A stretch of 64,000 nucleotides of DNA from Scyliorhinus canicula. Its lineage: Eukaryota. A program made the translations under genes and the position numbers. Positions 1 through 11,989 of the stretch are shown here, in pieces. The notes below the pieces were generated by a model. The model saw only the letters and a program-made list of their open reading frames with translations, did not search any database and was not told the DNA's origin. How positions within the stretch are numbered: position 1 is the stretch's first letter; each line of letters starts with the position of its first letter. The stretch lies in the NCBI RefSeq assembly GCF_902713615.1, contig NC_052162.1, positions 71,621,686 through 71,685,685 of the forward strand, given 5' to 3'.

Positions 1-256
1 ATATGAACAGTGGTTTTAATCTACTTACTACAGAGCCAGCCTGTTACCCGTTGAACTCTCGATGAACTTCAGGTTGGCTCTGGACAAGGCTATTTATACA
101 GTAGTCCAGGGGGAGGAGTCGTGAGCGGACCCAAGGGTGGAGCCCTGTACAAACTCCTGAGCATTCCCAGAGCTACTCCCCCTAGTGGTCGGATAACACT
201 ACTGCGCTTACAATGGTATTGGTAAATACAGTGTGAATTACTAAGTTACATTCACC
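1..256 (-). repeat. 3' LTR of Gypsy element (partial)
   Basis: Aligns to 3552-3807. The LTR/PPT junction reads ttacattcac-cccct instead of ttacattcaccaca, so a few terminal bases appear lost. Confidence 0.93.
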
Positions 257-270
257 CCCTTCAAAAAATA

Positions 271-2998
271 TCAAGTCCGGCGGGGGTGGTGGTCTACAAA
301 GTAAGTCTGTCCGGTGGTCGAACTGTCCGCTGTGATCTGCGGAGCACCGGGGTTGCAGCCTCTTGTGGTGGCTGAATGGGTGTTGTGTGCTGGGGTACGA
401 TGGCGGACTCCAGGGAGGGTTGTATCCGAGGACTGGGGGTGCTGGGGGCTGGCCGGCGCGGGTGCACGGAACTGGTGGAGCGAGCTCGTGGGCTTGGGAG
501 CGCGAGGGGGCGGCTGCATGGGGTGTAGGGTGTGGGGTCCTTCTGTGGGGGTAGAAGGGGCGGGTGAAGGGGCCAGATCCCGGAGGGATACCGTGTCCTG
601 ACGGCCGTCAGGGAACTCGACGAAGGCGTACTGGGGGTTGGAGTGGAGCAGGCGCACCTTCTCAACAAGGGGGTCGGTTTTGTGTGCCCTGACGTGTTTC
701 CTCAGGAGTACCAGGCCCGGTGTCCTCAGCCATGCCGGACGTGAGACCCCCATGGTAGTGCCCCTGGAAAAAATGAAGAGCCTCTCGTGAGGGGTCTGGT
801 TGGTCGCTGTGCATAAGAGGGTCCTAATAGCGCGGAGCACGTCTGGGAGGACTTCCTGCCACTGGGAGACTTGGAGCTTTCTAGACCGGAGGGTCAGTAG
901 GATGGTCTTCCAGACCGTCGCGTTCTCCCTCTCCACCTGCCTGTTCCCCCTGGGGTTGTAGCTGGTAGTCCTGCTCGAGGCAATGCCCTTGTCGAGCAGG
1001 CACTGACGCAGCTCGATGCTCATGAAGGACGAACCCCGGTTGCTCTGCACGTAGCTGGGGAAACCAAACAGGGTGAAGACACTATGCAGGGCCCTAATGA
1101 CTGTGTGGGAGGTCATGTCGGGGCACGGGATAGCAAATGGGAAACGGGAGAACTCATCTACGACGTTTAGAAAGTAAACGTTCTTGTTAGTTGAGGGGAG
1201 TGGCCCTTTGAAATCAATTGCGAGGCGTTCAAAGGGCCTTAGACGCCTTGACCAGGTGGGTCCTGTCTGGTCTATAGAAGTGCGGTTTGCACTCCGCACA
1301 GATCGGGCAGTCCCTGGTGACCGCTTTTACCTCCTCGTTGGAGAAAGGCAGGTTTCGGGCTCTGATGTAGTGGGCGAGCTGGGTGACCCCCGGGTGGCAG
1401 AGGTCGTTGTGGATGACTTTTAGTCGGTCAATCTGCACGCTGGCGCATGTCCCGCGGGATAGGGCATCCGGGGGCTCGTTGAGCTTCCCGGGTCGATACT
1501 TAATATCGTAGCTATAGGTGGAGAGTTCGATCCTCCACTGAAGAGTTTTATCATTTTTTATTTTGCCCCTTTGCGAGTTATCAAACATAAAGGCAACCAA
1601 TCTTTGGTCTGTGATGAGGGTGAACCTCCTACCTGCGAGGTAGTGCCTCCAGTATTGAATAGCCTCCACAATGGCTTGTGCTTCTTTCTCGACTGAGGAG
1701 TGTCGGAGTTCTGAAGCGGAGAGGGTACGGGAGAAAAATGCGACTGGTCTCCATGCCTGATTTAGTGTGGCTGCTAGAGCTACCTCTGAGGCCTGGAATG
1801 GAGTGGATTCATCCACCGCCCGCATGGCCGCTTTGGCGATGTCCTGGCGTGCCTCAGCTGACAGGGGAAATCGTGTGGCCTTAAAGAGTGGGCGGGCTTT
1901 GTGCGCATATTGAGGGACCCACTGGGCGTAGTAGGAGAAGAAGCCCAAGCATCGTTTGAGGGCCTTGGGGCAATGGGGGAGGGCGAGTTCTAAGAGGGGG
2001 CGCAGACGGTCCGGGTCTGGTCCCAGGACTCCGTTTTCCACGACGTAGCTGAAGATGGCCAGTCTGTTTCTGCGAAAAACGCATTTCTCTTTGTTGTAGG
2101 TGATGTTTGATTTCTGTGCCGTCTGGAAAAAACAGTGGAGGTTGGCGTCATGGTCCTACTGGTCATAGCCGCAGATGGTGACATTGTCCAAGTACGGAAA
2201 CGTGGCCCTCAGCCCATAGTGGTCCACCATTCGGTCCATTGCTCGTTGGAACACCGAGACCCCATTAGTGACGCCGAAGGGGACACGGAGGAAATGGAAG
2301 AGGCGGCCATCGGCCTCGAATGCCGTGTAGTGGCGGTCCTCCGGGTGGATTGGGAGCTGGTGGTATGCAGAGTTCAGATCCATCGTGGAAAAGAGCCGAT
2401 ACTGGGCGATCTGATTTACCATGTCTGCAACCTTGGGGAGGGGATACGCGTCGAGGAGCGTAAATCTATTTATGGTCTGACTATAGTCGACAACCATGCG
2501 GAATTTTTCCCCGGTCTTAACGACCACCACCTGAGCTCTCCAGGGACTATTGCTGGCCTCTATAATCCCCTCACTGAGAAGCCTTCGGACCTCTGATCTG
2601 ATAAATACCCTATCCTGCAGGCTGTATCGCCTGCTATGAGTGGCTACGGGTTTACAGTCCTTTGTGAGATTGGCGAAGAGAGGAGGGGAGGAGATTCGCA
2701 GCATAGCGAGGCTGCAGATAGTGAGTGGGGGCAGAGGCGCGCCGAAGCGGAGGGTGAGACTCTTAAGGTTACACTGAAAATCTAGGCCTAATAAGAGTGG
2801 CGCGCAGAGGTCGGGCAAAACGTAGAGTTGAAATTTTGAGTAGCTCGTGCCTCGGATTGTGAGTGTCGCGGCGGTACGTCCCTGGATCTGGACAGAATGG
2901 GAGCCTGAAGCGAGCGAGATAGTTTGCCGCACGGGGAAAACGGGGAGCAAACAGCATCTTACCAGGTCTGGGTGTATGAAGCTCCATCGTGGTAGCAA
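271..2998 (-). pseudogene. pol: Gypsy pol (protease remnant, RT, RNase H, integrase), frameshifted
   Basis: RT motifs SPWRAQVVVV, RMVVDY, DLNSAYHQ, PFGVTNG, YLDN (ORF 2156-2998). RNase H motifs VAFFSRTL, EKEAQAIV, ITDQ. Integrase HHCC (HNDLCHPG..CPIC) and core IDFKGP, VVDEFSRF, QVER (ORFs 1229-2041, 271-1299). Confidence 0.95.
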
Positions 2999-3481
2999 GT
3001 TCCGCAGTTGTTTCTAAGACTTGGGCCCCTTTTTCCAGCAGTCGTTGGCGCACATAATTAGACCTGAGGCCCGCTACAAAAACATCACGTACAGCAAGTT
3101 CTCTATGTTCAGCTTGATATAACCGCTTGATAGTCACAGTCATTTGACAGATTATTGAGCTCTCTTAAAAATTCGGCGAGTGATTCTGTAGGCCGCTGGT
3201 GGCGAGTCGTGAACACATGGCGTGCGTAAACTTCGTTAATGGGCCTTACATACATCTTATCGAGAATCGCTAGCGCTGCAGTATATGAACCGGCCGAGTT
3301 TAGATGCGTAGAGATTCTGTGGCTCACCCTCGCGTGCAGTAGACTTAACTTATGTTCCTCTGTTGTTTCGGCTGTGCTCGCTTCTGCCAGGTCGGCCTTA
3401 AAGCACCGCAGCCAGTGGGAGATAATTTATTTTGCCTCTGCATCCTGTGGGTCGAGTTCCAGGCTTGAGGGCTGATTCCAT
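2985..3481 (-). pseudogene. gag: Gypsy gag, disrupted and 3'-deleted
   Basis: ATG at 3481 (MESALKP..LELDPQ), ARHVFTTRHQRPTESLAEFLREL, VRDVFVAGLRSNYVRQRLLE; contains stop and frameshifts. Confidence 0.88.
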
Positions 3482-3514
3482 GATCGATCCTGACTGTTCT
3501 TAAGTAGATTAAAT

Positions 3515-3810
3515 TGATGGAACCATCAATTCACTAGACACGTGCTTTAAGATATGAACAGTGGTTTTAATCTACTTACTACAGAGCCAGCCTGCTACCC
3601 TTTGAACTCTCGATGAACTGCAGGGTGGCTCTGGACAAGGGTATTTATACAGTAGTCCAGGGGGAGGAGTCATGGGCGGAGCCAAGGGTGGAGCCCTGTA
3701 CAAACTCCTGAGCATTCCCAGAGCTACTCCCCCTAGTGGTCGGATAACACTACTGCGCTTACAATGGTATTGGTAAAGACAGTGTGAATTACTAAGTTAC
3801 ATTCACCACA
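3515..3810 (-). repeat. 5' LTR of Gypsy element
   Basis: Minus strand begins TGTGGTGAATG and ends CCATCA. TATAAATA on minus at ~3642-3649, ATTAAA on minus at ~3566-3571. Confidence 0.92.
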
Positions 3811-4057
3811 GTTCTTAACATGTAGTCTGTGCTAATACAATAGCCTAATGGATTTCTTCTAATCCAACTGACTTCTTGTTTGAAGGGGACCTGGCATTAA
3901 AGTAGATTGCAATAATCCAACACACTGTTCTTATCTCACTAAACAGAATTTAATGGTCAGGAAATGGATTAATTTCTCTCCTTTCCCGATTTAAGTTGGG
4001 TGTGATGACATTGGGTCAAGTTCCAATGTCACGGAAGCTGACCATAGCAGAAATCAG

Positions 4058-4236
4058 GGGCGTGATTCTCCGTCCCTCCAGCCCCGTTTTCTGGAGCAGC
4101 ACCAGTAGTCAGATTCTCCATTCCCGCCGCCGGCCAATAGGGCTTCCCATTGGGGCCACACCAAGCCGTCAGGAAACCCCGTGGGCGTGAGTGTGCTGCC
4201 GCCGAAGCAGAGGCTCCCGCTGACGGAGAATCCCAC
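4058..4236. mobile_element. Short Harbinger-type MITE
   Basis: Inverted ends GATTCTCCGTC / GACGGAGAATC and a CAAT..CCCATTG core shared with 7845-8035, 48928-49088 and 53217-53408. Confidence 0.75.
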
Positions 4237-4299
4237 AGCAGAAATCTGACCACCTTGTATTTCAGGTCAATTATGTAGTTGTTGTGACAATGACATCAA

Positions 4300-5470
4300 T
4301 TCCCTGGTATGTTTTTAGCTGCATGGTCAGGCAGGTTTGAAGGGCTCCAGGGTGGGATAAGAGCCAGCACCAGAGACACACGTTGCAGGGTAGGAGGCTG
4401 CAGTGAGATCCACAAGAGAGCTCAGAGAAGTTGCCTTCTGTTCACCTTATCCTAAGGATTGATGTTGAGCCAATGAAGGTGCCTGAGGGGTCACTGAAGG
4501 CCTGAGCAAAGGAGGGACAATTGCACAGCAGGCTGCAGCAAAAGGAGGCAAAGGTGACATGACACTGGTCCACGCCAGGGAAGAAGAGCTGCTGTCCAGT
4601 GGTGTTAGGAACCAGCATCCCTGAGTTATAAGCAGCACTGAAAGTTCAGAAGCCAGCAGGGGGAAAGTGGGTAAGTACTACCAAGAAGAAGACACGATCC
4701 TGAAGAAAGGATGTACAGGCTACACTCCAATTACCTGAAATGACTGTGACAAATTATCTGGAGCGGATAAGTACCAAGTGCATGGGTAGCATGTGGCTCT
4801 AAAGGTCATAGATGCCCTACAGTTCTCGGCCTTAGGGTTTTTTCAAGGATCACCAGGAGATCTTTGCAGTAGCCTGCAAGCTTCAGCTCATCCCTTGATC
4901 AAAGACAAAGTAGTGATAGATGCATTGTTCAGGAGAGACCTTCCTAAAGTCCATTACTCATGATGAGTTTCATGAGAGGTTCTGGGGCTATTGCAAGCTT
5001 TCCGAAGAGGCTATCGGTTGCTTCTGTGAGGCCATGAAGACACCCAGGAGTTTTCATTAATCAGAATGGTTTTTCCTTCTTTAATCCTCGGATTGTCGGC
5101 GATTACCGTCCGAATATTCTGCAGGCTTGTGCAGGGTAGCCTTGGAGTAACCATGATGCCTATATCCTCAGACATTCCCAGGAACCACAGTTGTTCTCGC
5201 CTCCTGCTTAACTTGATGCCTGGTTAATGGGAGACAAAGGCTATCTGATAACGAAATTGGCTTATGACACCCATAAATCACCAATGTCCTCAAGCAGAAG
5301 TGAGGTACAATTCAACCCAGACCTCCATCAGGATGACTACAGAGAGAACCATAGGCCTGCTCAAAATGAGGTGATTTGCTGCTTTGCCTGATCTTGTAGC
5401 ACCTTGCAGTCTGCCCCAGATTGTGCATCCTTGATTGTTGTCATTTGCTGTGCACTGCACAATTTTTCAA
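4300..5470 (+). pseudogene. Degenerate PIF/Harbinger (HARBI1-like) DDE transposase
   Basis: Manual translation gives remnants GFFQGSPGDLC, FINQNGF, GSNHDAYILRHS, WLMGDKGY, WLMTP, RYN, IERTIGLLKMR; many stops and frameshifts. Confidence 0.88.
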
Positions 5471-5489
5471 TAGTGATGAGAAGAACCTT

Positions 5490-6131
5490 GGGCGGGATTT
5501 TCCCTTTTGGGAACTAAGCCCCCACGCCCGCCGGAAAACGGGCGAGAATCATTCCGGACATTTTCCTCAAAGGTCTGGAGTGATTCTATGTTTTCCAGGG
5601 GGCTAGCAGGGCCCCGGCATGCGTCCCGTGGCTCTGGCTGTCGGCAGGACCCTGCTGTCCAGATTACGTGGCCTCGCATACGCACGGCAGCCGCAAGCCA
5701 GTGCGCGCATGCGCGCGGCGGCCCACTTTGGCGTGGGCATTGCCAACATGGCGGATCCACACAGTGGGTCCGCGCAGCGTAAGGTTAGTCCCTCCCAGAT
5801 TGCGATGGCTTGCCAATCAGTGACCCCCGATCGCGAGTCTGGCCACCGCTGAGGCCCCCACCGGAGTCAGATTACCCCCCGCCCCCCACCAGGACTGCTA
5901 CCGTGGCTGCGGGTCCAAGCCGCCGCCGGGTGGTACCAGATGTAAACCACGCCGGAAGGAGTTCAGTCGGTCGACCGCGGAGAATCGCCGCGGGGGCCTA
6001 TTCCAATGGCCCCCGGCAGGCGCCACATCGAATCACAGAAGCGCAGTTGCGCCAGATTTCCAGCATGAACGGCTATTCTCCACCCCCGCGCCGGGCGCGA
6101 TTCCGCCGCAGAGGGTCGGAGAATCCTGCCC
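5490..6131. mobile_element. Harbinger-type MITE (CpG-rich)
   Basis: Ends GGGCGGGATTTTCC / GGAGAATCCTGCCC; central palindrome GCGCGCATGCGCGC at 5703-5716. Confidence 0.85.
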
Positions 6132-6869
6132 CACTAATTGTCATTTGGAAATGTCACAGCATTGCAGACTCTATCAATATCTGGTAGGTTCAAATAACTC
6201 GCCTTTTGATTCTGGTAAGCAAAGAGAAAGTTTACATTCTAAATTCTGATGCAAATTAAGTAGCTTCACATGGATATGATGTGGCACTATCCAAAGAAAA
6301 TCTATTAACCAATAGAAGGGTAAGAAGGTTGAGAGAACTTGCTTGTGTCATTTTAGTGTCAAGTTGTTCTGGAACCCAGCTTACCTTAATCTTGAGCATG
6401 GAGGTCAGGAACTTCAAGTGCTGACCGTCTTTGGACTTCCCCCACATGCACAGGCTGGGAGGGCGCAACACATGCGCAATACTGTTTCTTTATTTTCTTC
6501 AGGCCCTGCATGCCTGCCCAGAGAGAGAAAAGCAGAAAGGTGCAGGAACCCAGATTAGGTGACGGAGTGCAGAATGTCATGGCCAGCAAGTGTCTCAAGG
6601 GAGGGACAAGGGAGAGGAGACAGGGAGGGGTAGCAAGAAGAATAGTCCCAGATGAGGGACAAAGATAGGAGGCAGAAACGGTAGAAGAAAAGTTCAGTTA
6701 AAAGGAAGGAGCAGAGAAACCAGCTTCAAATTAGGGAAAAGGGCTGCGGGGAGCAGACTTGTAAGTGAAGTAGGATCCAGAGAAGCCCTGAGAAGGCTAA
6801 CATAGGTTCATGACTCAGTGCTGCAGGTCAATCGCTTATGAGCGAGTCGGAGTTTCAGGCCAGGGCAAA

Positions 6870-7830
6870 GCTCCCCTTATGGAACAGTGGTATTCTGCTT
6901 GGCGCAGCCGAAGAACTAAAATTGTGCTTGTGAATTGGTTCTTGAGCAGACTCGGAAATCTTGGGGAATGGAATCTTGGGAGACGTGATTGAAACCCTGC
7001 ATTGTTGAAGCTATCCGAGTTTGAGCATCCTTTGGAGTGAATTACAAGGAGAAATCTTCGAAGGGAAGATTGAAATCCCTTGAGAGAGGGTCAGTTTCAG
7101 TGAGATTGGTTGACTCACAGTGTTACTTGCTTCTGAGTTGGTTGTTAAGAAATCTACTGATCTGTTTTGCATTCAAACATACGAAAGAGGAGCATGGGTA
7201 GATCAGTCAGCAAAGAATATAATGGCTGATCTGATTGCAATGTTAACTCCACATTCCCACCGACCCGATAACCTTTCACATCCATGCTTAGAAAAATCGA
7301 TCTAGCTCTGCCATAAAATATTCAAAGGTTAATTGACCACAGTCAATCACCCAAGGTCAGAATTGAACCCAGGTACCTGGTGCCATGAGACAGCAGTGCT
7401 AATCTCTGTGCCACCGTGTGGTGTGCATAATAGGCTCTCTCTCTGAACTCTCTGCTGTTTTATGAACACTCTCTCCTTCTGAATTCTACATTGCGTTATG
7501 GGCTCTATCTCTCTCTCTCTCTGAACTCCAAGCTTTTTTTCTGCACTCTCTCTCTCTCCCTGAACTCCATGTTGCTTTATGGGCTCTTTCTCTTGCTGAA
7601 CTTCACACATTTGGTGTGCAGTGTGGTATGTTTGAACACTGTTCGTCTGGTAATTAATAAAAATCTCATATTTACCCTGAATGTTAGGGCTACGACAGAT
7701 ATAAATTGTATTATCTTTTTGAATTAGAAAGTGTCCAGAATCTGAAACATGCCCACTTTAAACTAAACGTTATTGGTCCCTCACCAGATCTCACCAATAA
7801 CTTGGGGGTCTGGCCAAGGATCATAACAAA
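6870..7830 (+). mobile_element. Old LTR-like repeat with nested fragments and a minisatellite
   Basis: The 3' part (accctgaatgttag...ttatcttt...aacttgggggtctggccaaggatcataaca) recurs at 9210-9320, 9720-9900 and 47860-48103; ends in ACA. Confidence 0.55.
7430..7610 (+). repeat. Minisatellite, ~30-40 bp unit (gctttatgggctct(ct)n ctgaactcca)
   Basis: About 5 diverged tandem units. Confidence 0.8.
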
Positions 7831-7844
7831 GTGTACAAACAATC

Positions 7845-7873
7845 TGTGCGATTTTCAGTTGGCAGGACCCTCC

Positions 7874-7906
<33 letters not shown>

Positions 7907-8035
7907 ACAGCGCACCCACGCCCACACGTTTCCCAATAGCGTGGGGTGGCCACAATGGGAAATCCCATTGTCTGGCTCCGGGAATGGAAAATCCTGCTGC
8001 CGGCGGGGGCCCGCCGGAAAACGGGGCTCGGGACC
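7845..8035. mobile_element. Short Harbinger-type MITE
   Basis: CAATGGGAAATCCCATTG core; resembles the reverse complement of 4058-4236. Confidence 0.65.
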
Positions 8036-8075
8036 AATTCTTTTTTCGTGTTATGTATTAAAATGTATGATAGCA

Positions 8076-8299
8076 GGGCAGCACGGTGGCACAGTGGTTA
8101 GCATTGCTGCCTACGGCGCTGAGGACCTGGGTTCGAATCCCGGCTCTGGGTCACTGTCCGTGAGGAGTTTGCACATACTCCCCGTGTCTGCGTGGGTTTC
8201 ACCCCCACTACCCAAAAAGATGTGCAGAATAGGTGGATTGGCCACGCTAAATTGCCCCTTAATTGGAAAATATAATTGGGTACTCTAAATTTTTTTTAA
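8076..8299 (+). mobile_element. tRNA-derived HE1/V-SINE-type SINE (short form)
   Basis: A/B-box head and V-domain-like core; TSD AAAATGTATGATAGCA at 8060-8075 and 8300-8315. Confidence 0.92.
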
Positions 8300-8612
8300 A
8301 AAATGTATGATAGCATAATATGTTGGGAAATTATTCATTCTCAGATCTTGCATTCTTCATGCAATCTTTGAGAAATAATTGGGTCAATTGTAGATAAAAA
8401 AGCATTTGCGCTGACAAGAGTTCCAAAGGAATAATTTCCGGCAGGCTTCGCAATACTCTGAGCATTTTGTTTTGTGTACCCATCAGCGTTCCTTTGTAGC
8501 CTGCCCCATCAAGGTGCTCAGCTGAGTCTATTTGCAGCAGACCCAATGTGCAACTCCACCCTCCGGCAAGTTAACTCTTATGTAATTCTTGCCCCTTGGC
8601 TTGGAAGAGAGA

Positions 8613-8950
8613 ATCATAGAATCATAGAATGTACAGTGCAGAAGGAGGCCATTCAGCCCATCGAGTCTGCACCAGCCCTGACAAAGAACACCCTACACAA
8701 GCCCACGTATCTACTCTATCCCCGTAACCCTGTAACCCCCACTTAACCTTTTTGGACACTGAGGGCAATTTAGCATGGCCAATCCACCTAACCCATACAT
8801 CTTTGGACCATGGGAGGAAACCGGAGTGCCCGGAGGAAATCCACGCAGAGATGGGGAGAACATGCAAACTCCGCACAGATAGTGACCCAGCCGGGAATCG
8901 AACCTGGGACCTGGAGCAACTGTGCTGACCACTATGCTACCGTGTTGCCC
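8613..8950 (-). mobile_element. HE1/V-SINE with CR1-like tail
   Basis: Reverse complement of SINE head and core; (ATTCTATG)n tail. Confidence 0.92.
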
Positions 8951-8959
8951 GACAGGTAT

Positions 8960-9470
8960 TGGAGAGGTATTGGAAAAGTTCATGAGGGTGATGCATCGAA
9001 ATGCTATGTGTGAGTCCTGATTAATAGAGATGGCTGGTAGGTGAGTGATGGCGTTGTGTTAATTTGAGCAGTGTATGAGGCTAATGGTTTGGTTTATTGG
9101 CATATGGCATTTGAAGATTCATACACTGACTTTAATCGCTGATGCAAGGTAATTGAAATTATTGCAGATCTACTTCAAGGTCTTAAAGAAGCATGGCTCT
9201 AACCTTTGGATGTACCCTGAATGTTAGAGCTATGGTAGGTGTTATAAATTATGTTATCTTTCTGACTTTGTATCGTAAAGTTTATTTTGTTTGTTCAAAA
9301 CCATGAAATCTGTGGCTATCTCCTCCCATTGCCTTTTGAACATGCGTCTGAGGGGGTCTCCTAGCTCCATGCAACTACAGGACATCTTTCTTGTTTTCCC
9401 CCTCCTGCAAACCAAGGCCTCCAGTACAGCATCCAAAAATCTTGCTGGTCCACACTCCCATGTTGTGTCA
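8960..9470 (-). pseudogene. Harbinger Myb/SANT-like gene relic (exon 1 plus intron)
   Basis: ORF 9254-9550 contains PARFLDAVLEALV..RRMFKRQWEEIA; continues past an LTR fragment to a GTCAGT donor near 9130. Confidence 0.65.
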
Positions 9471-9509
9471 TTCTTCACTGTTTCACAGGTCAGTTTAATT
9501 TCCTGCATG

Positions 9510-9715
9510 ACTGCTGTTTTATGGGCTCTCTCAATCTCTCTGAACTCCACACTGCTTTATGGGTTCTCTCTCTCTCTCTCTCTGAACTCCACACTGCTTT
9601 ATAGGCTCTTTCTCTCTCTGTCTGAACTCCACACTGCTTTATGGGTTCTCTCTCTCTCTCTCTCTGAACTCCACACTGCTTTATGGGTTCTCTTTCTCTC
9701 TGGCTGAACTCCAGA
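9510..9715 (+). repeat. Minisatellite (ctgctttatgggttct(ct)n ctgaactccaca)
   Basis: Five well-preserved tandem units; same unit as 7430-7610. Confidence 0.88.
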
Positions 9716-11656
9716 GCCCTCTGGTATTTGGTGTGAAAGTTGGTATGTTTGACCACTGTTTGCCTGTCAACTCATAAAAATCTCACATAGACCCTGAATG
9801 ATAGAGTTGCGATAGATATTATAAATTGTATTATCTTTCTGACTTTTGTATAGTAAAGTTTATTTTTGCTTCTTCTAAACCAGCGGAATCTATGCCTTTG
9901 TTCCCCAATCAACTGCCCAGCCACAATGCACCATCCCTTTAGAATGTGCACCCTAGCTTTACCTGGTACATAAAACTATAATTATAGGGGTCATGCTGGT
10001 GTGTGCAACTAATGTGCAACCAGTTAGCAGTGGTCATTTAATTGAGCAGCCAGCGTGCAGTTAACCTGTTGACTGCATCATTGACATTTAGAGAATATAT
10101 TTCAAAGGACTAGCTATCAGCCCTAAGCCACAGCACTTGCTTCTTCAGATCCTCACAATCCCAGATAACAGCAGTCGCATTAGTTCACCTTTTCCACTCA
10201 GATAAGTCTACCCTCCCCTTTTCTTTAGCTCCTGGATCTGATCTGACAATAGCCACAATAAATCAGTGTACAGCCAGCAGCAGTGTTTATTTTCTAATTG
10301 GTCTGGCCAATAAATTGATTGAGCTGATCATTTGAATAAGCCTTGCAATGAAGTTGAGATAAATAAACCCATAAATCAAAATTTTATGATCCAGTTCGAA
10401 GTTCTGAGCTATAATCTAATTATCTAAATAGTCTGTGTTATGATCATAAATTGCTCGATTCAAGTTTGATGTGCTGTTTTCAGCATACAGAGGAGTACTC
10501 TGGCAGGGTTTCTCCTCATCTCATGGAATATCAGCAAGTTTCATTATCTGTGTAGTAATTGCATACGTTAATGAAACTAATTTTCCATTTAACCGCTTCA
10601 GTCCTACTTTGCATGATTGGGCTGCCCTCTAGAGACTGTCTGTGGAAGCATTCACATTCTTCTGCAATAACTTCACTCATGACGCATAGGCATTCAAACT
10701 AGATGTGCTGAATTAAACATTAATGGAACATATAATGTGTACAGTAAAGAAATGGAGAAGAGGAGAATATTAAACAGACAGAAAGAAATCCTGTTTTGTG
10801 TTCCAAATGCCCATGTAATCAATGACATCGAAAGCCTACATAACTTTTTTTATGTGCCTTACCTTCAGACACCTTTTCATTTTTAAAGAATGTTTTAATT
10901 GGATCCTATGAAATTCCTTTTAAAACAGTTTGTTTGTTTTATCCCAATTAAAGAAGCCCTTTTCCATTAAAAATGCAGGTTTACAATTTGAAAATCCTTT
11001 CATCCCAGTTTTTCCTATTAGAGATTAATGTAACCCTGACGCCTGATTCATTTTCACCTACTAGTAATGGTCACTGCCTGTTGAACTATTTTGCCGCTGG
11101 GATTAAGACTTGTAGTAATAAGTACTTGCACTCAGATGGTTGGCTGCAAGTTGTCTGAATTCCCGTATTCCCAAGCGGAAAAGACATTTTCATACATTCT
11201 GAATTACTTTCCTTAATCCAACTTGCAGAGAAATGACCCAGCTATGAAATGAGATACAAAACATGGAGAGGTTTACAAGCTGATCTTAAAAAAAAAAGGC
11301 AGTGGAGAATTGAAAGAAGAAAGTGCAGTTCAAACTTTATTGTCAGAGAGGGCTCGTCTACTGACTTGCAATTATGTAGAAAATAAATCAGAAGCTTGAC
11401 GTACGCTGTTTGAAACTCGTTTTGAAACAGGATTAATGAAGCATTCACCAAAGCATGCGGACCAAATTCAATTGAATGACAAGGATGAAAACAATAAACT
11501 GGATCAATATGTGACATTTCTGGAAGTGTCACATGAAGAGGAATAACTTAAAATAAATTGAGTGGGAAATTAAGGATCAAGAACCTGTGTTAAAGGCAAA
11601 AACAAAGAAAGATAACTTTCGCAACCTGATTGAACAATCTACTTAGGACTCCAGGG

Positions 11657-11989
11657 CATATAGAACATAGAACATAGAACAGTACAGCACAGAACAGGCC
11701 CTTCGGCCCTCGATGTTGTGCCGAGCAATGATCACCCTACTTAAACCCACGTAACCCGTATCCCAACAATCCCCCCATTAACCTTACACTACGGGCAATT
11801 TAGCATGGCCAATCCACCTAACCCGCACATCTTTGGACTGTGGGAGGAAACCGGAGCACCCGGAGGAAACCCACGCACACACGGGGAGGACGTGCAGACT
11901 CCGCACAGACAGTGACCCAGCCGGGAACCGAACCTGGGACCCTGGAGCTGTGAAGCATTTATGCTAACCACCATGCTACCGTGCTGCCC
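11657..11989 (-). mobile_element. HE1/V-SINE, young subfamily
   Basis: Nearly identical to 51378-51730; (TTCTATG)n tail. Confidence 0.93.

Larger units (their letters stand above)
1..3810 (-). mobile_element. Ty3/Gypsy LTR retrotransposon, decayed, both LTRs present (3' LTR cut by window start)
   Basis: Direct repeats 1-256 and 3552-3807 with about 9 substitutions. The full LTR 3515-3810 has TG...CA ends. Internal gag, protease remnant, RT, RNase H and integrase lie in Gypsy order on the minus strand. Purine tract next to the 3' LTR at ~251-262. Confidence 0.96.

Noticed and set aside
8076-8150. tRNA-like sequences at SINE heads
   Set aside because: They continue into SINE core and tail with TSDs; not stand-alone tRNA genes.
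10863-10905. Possible 43-nt minus-strand exon (DPIKTFFKNEKVSE)
   Set aside because: Weak acceptor and no recognisable homology or partner exon.
11789-11974. Identical 61-aa ORF here and at 51394-51579
   Set aside because: Incidental ORF in two copies of a young SINE subfamily.
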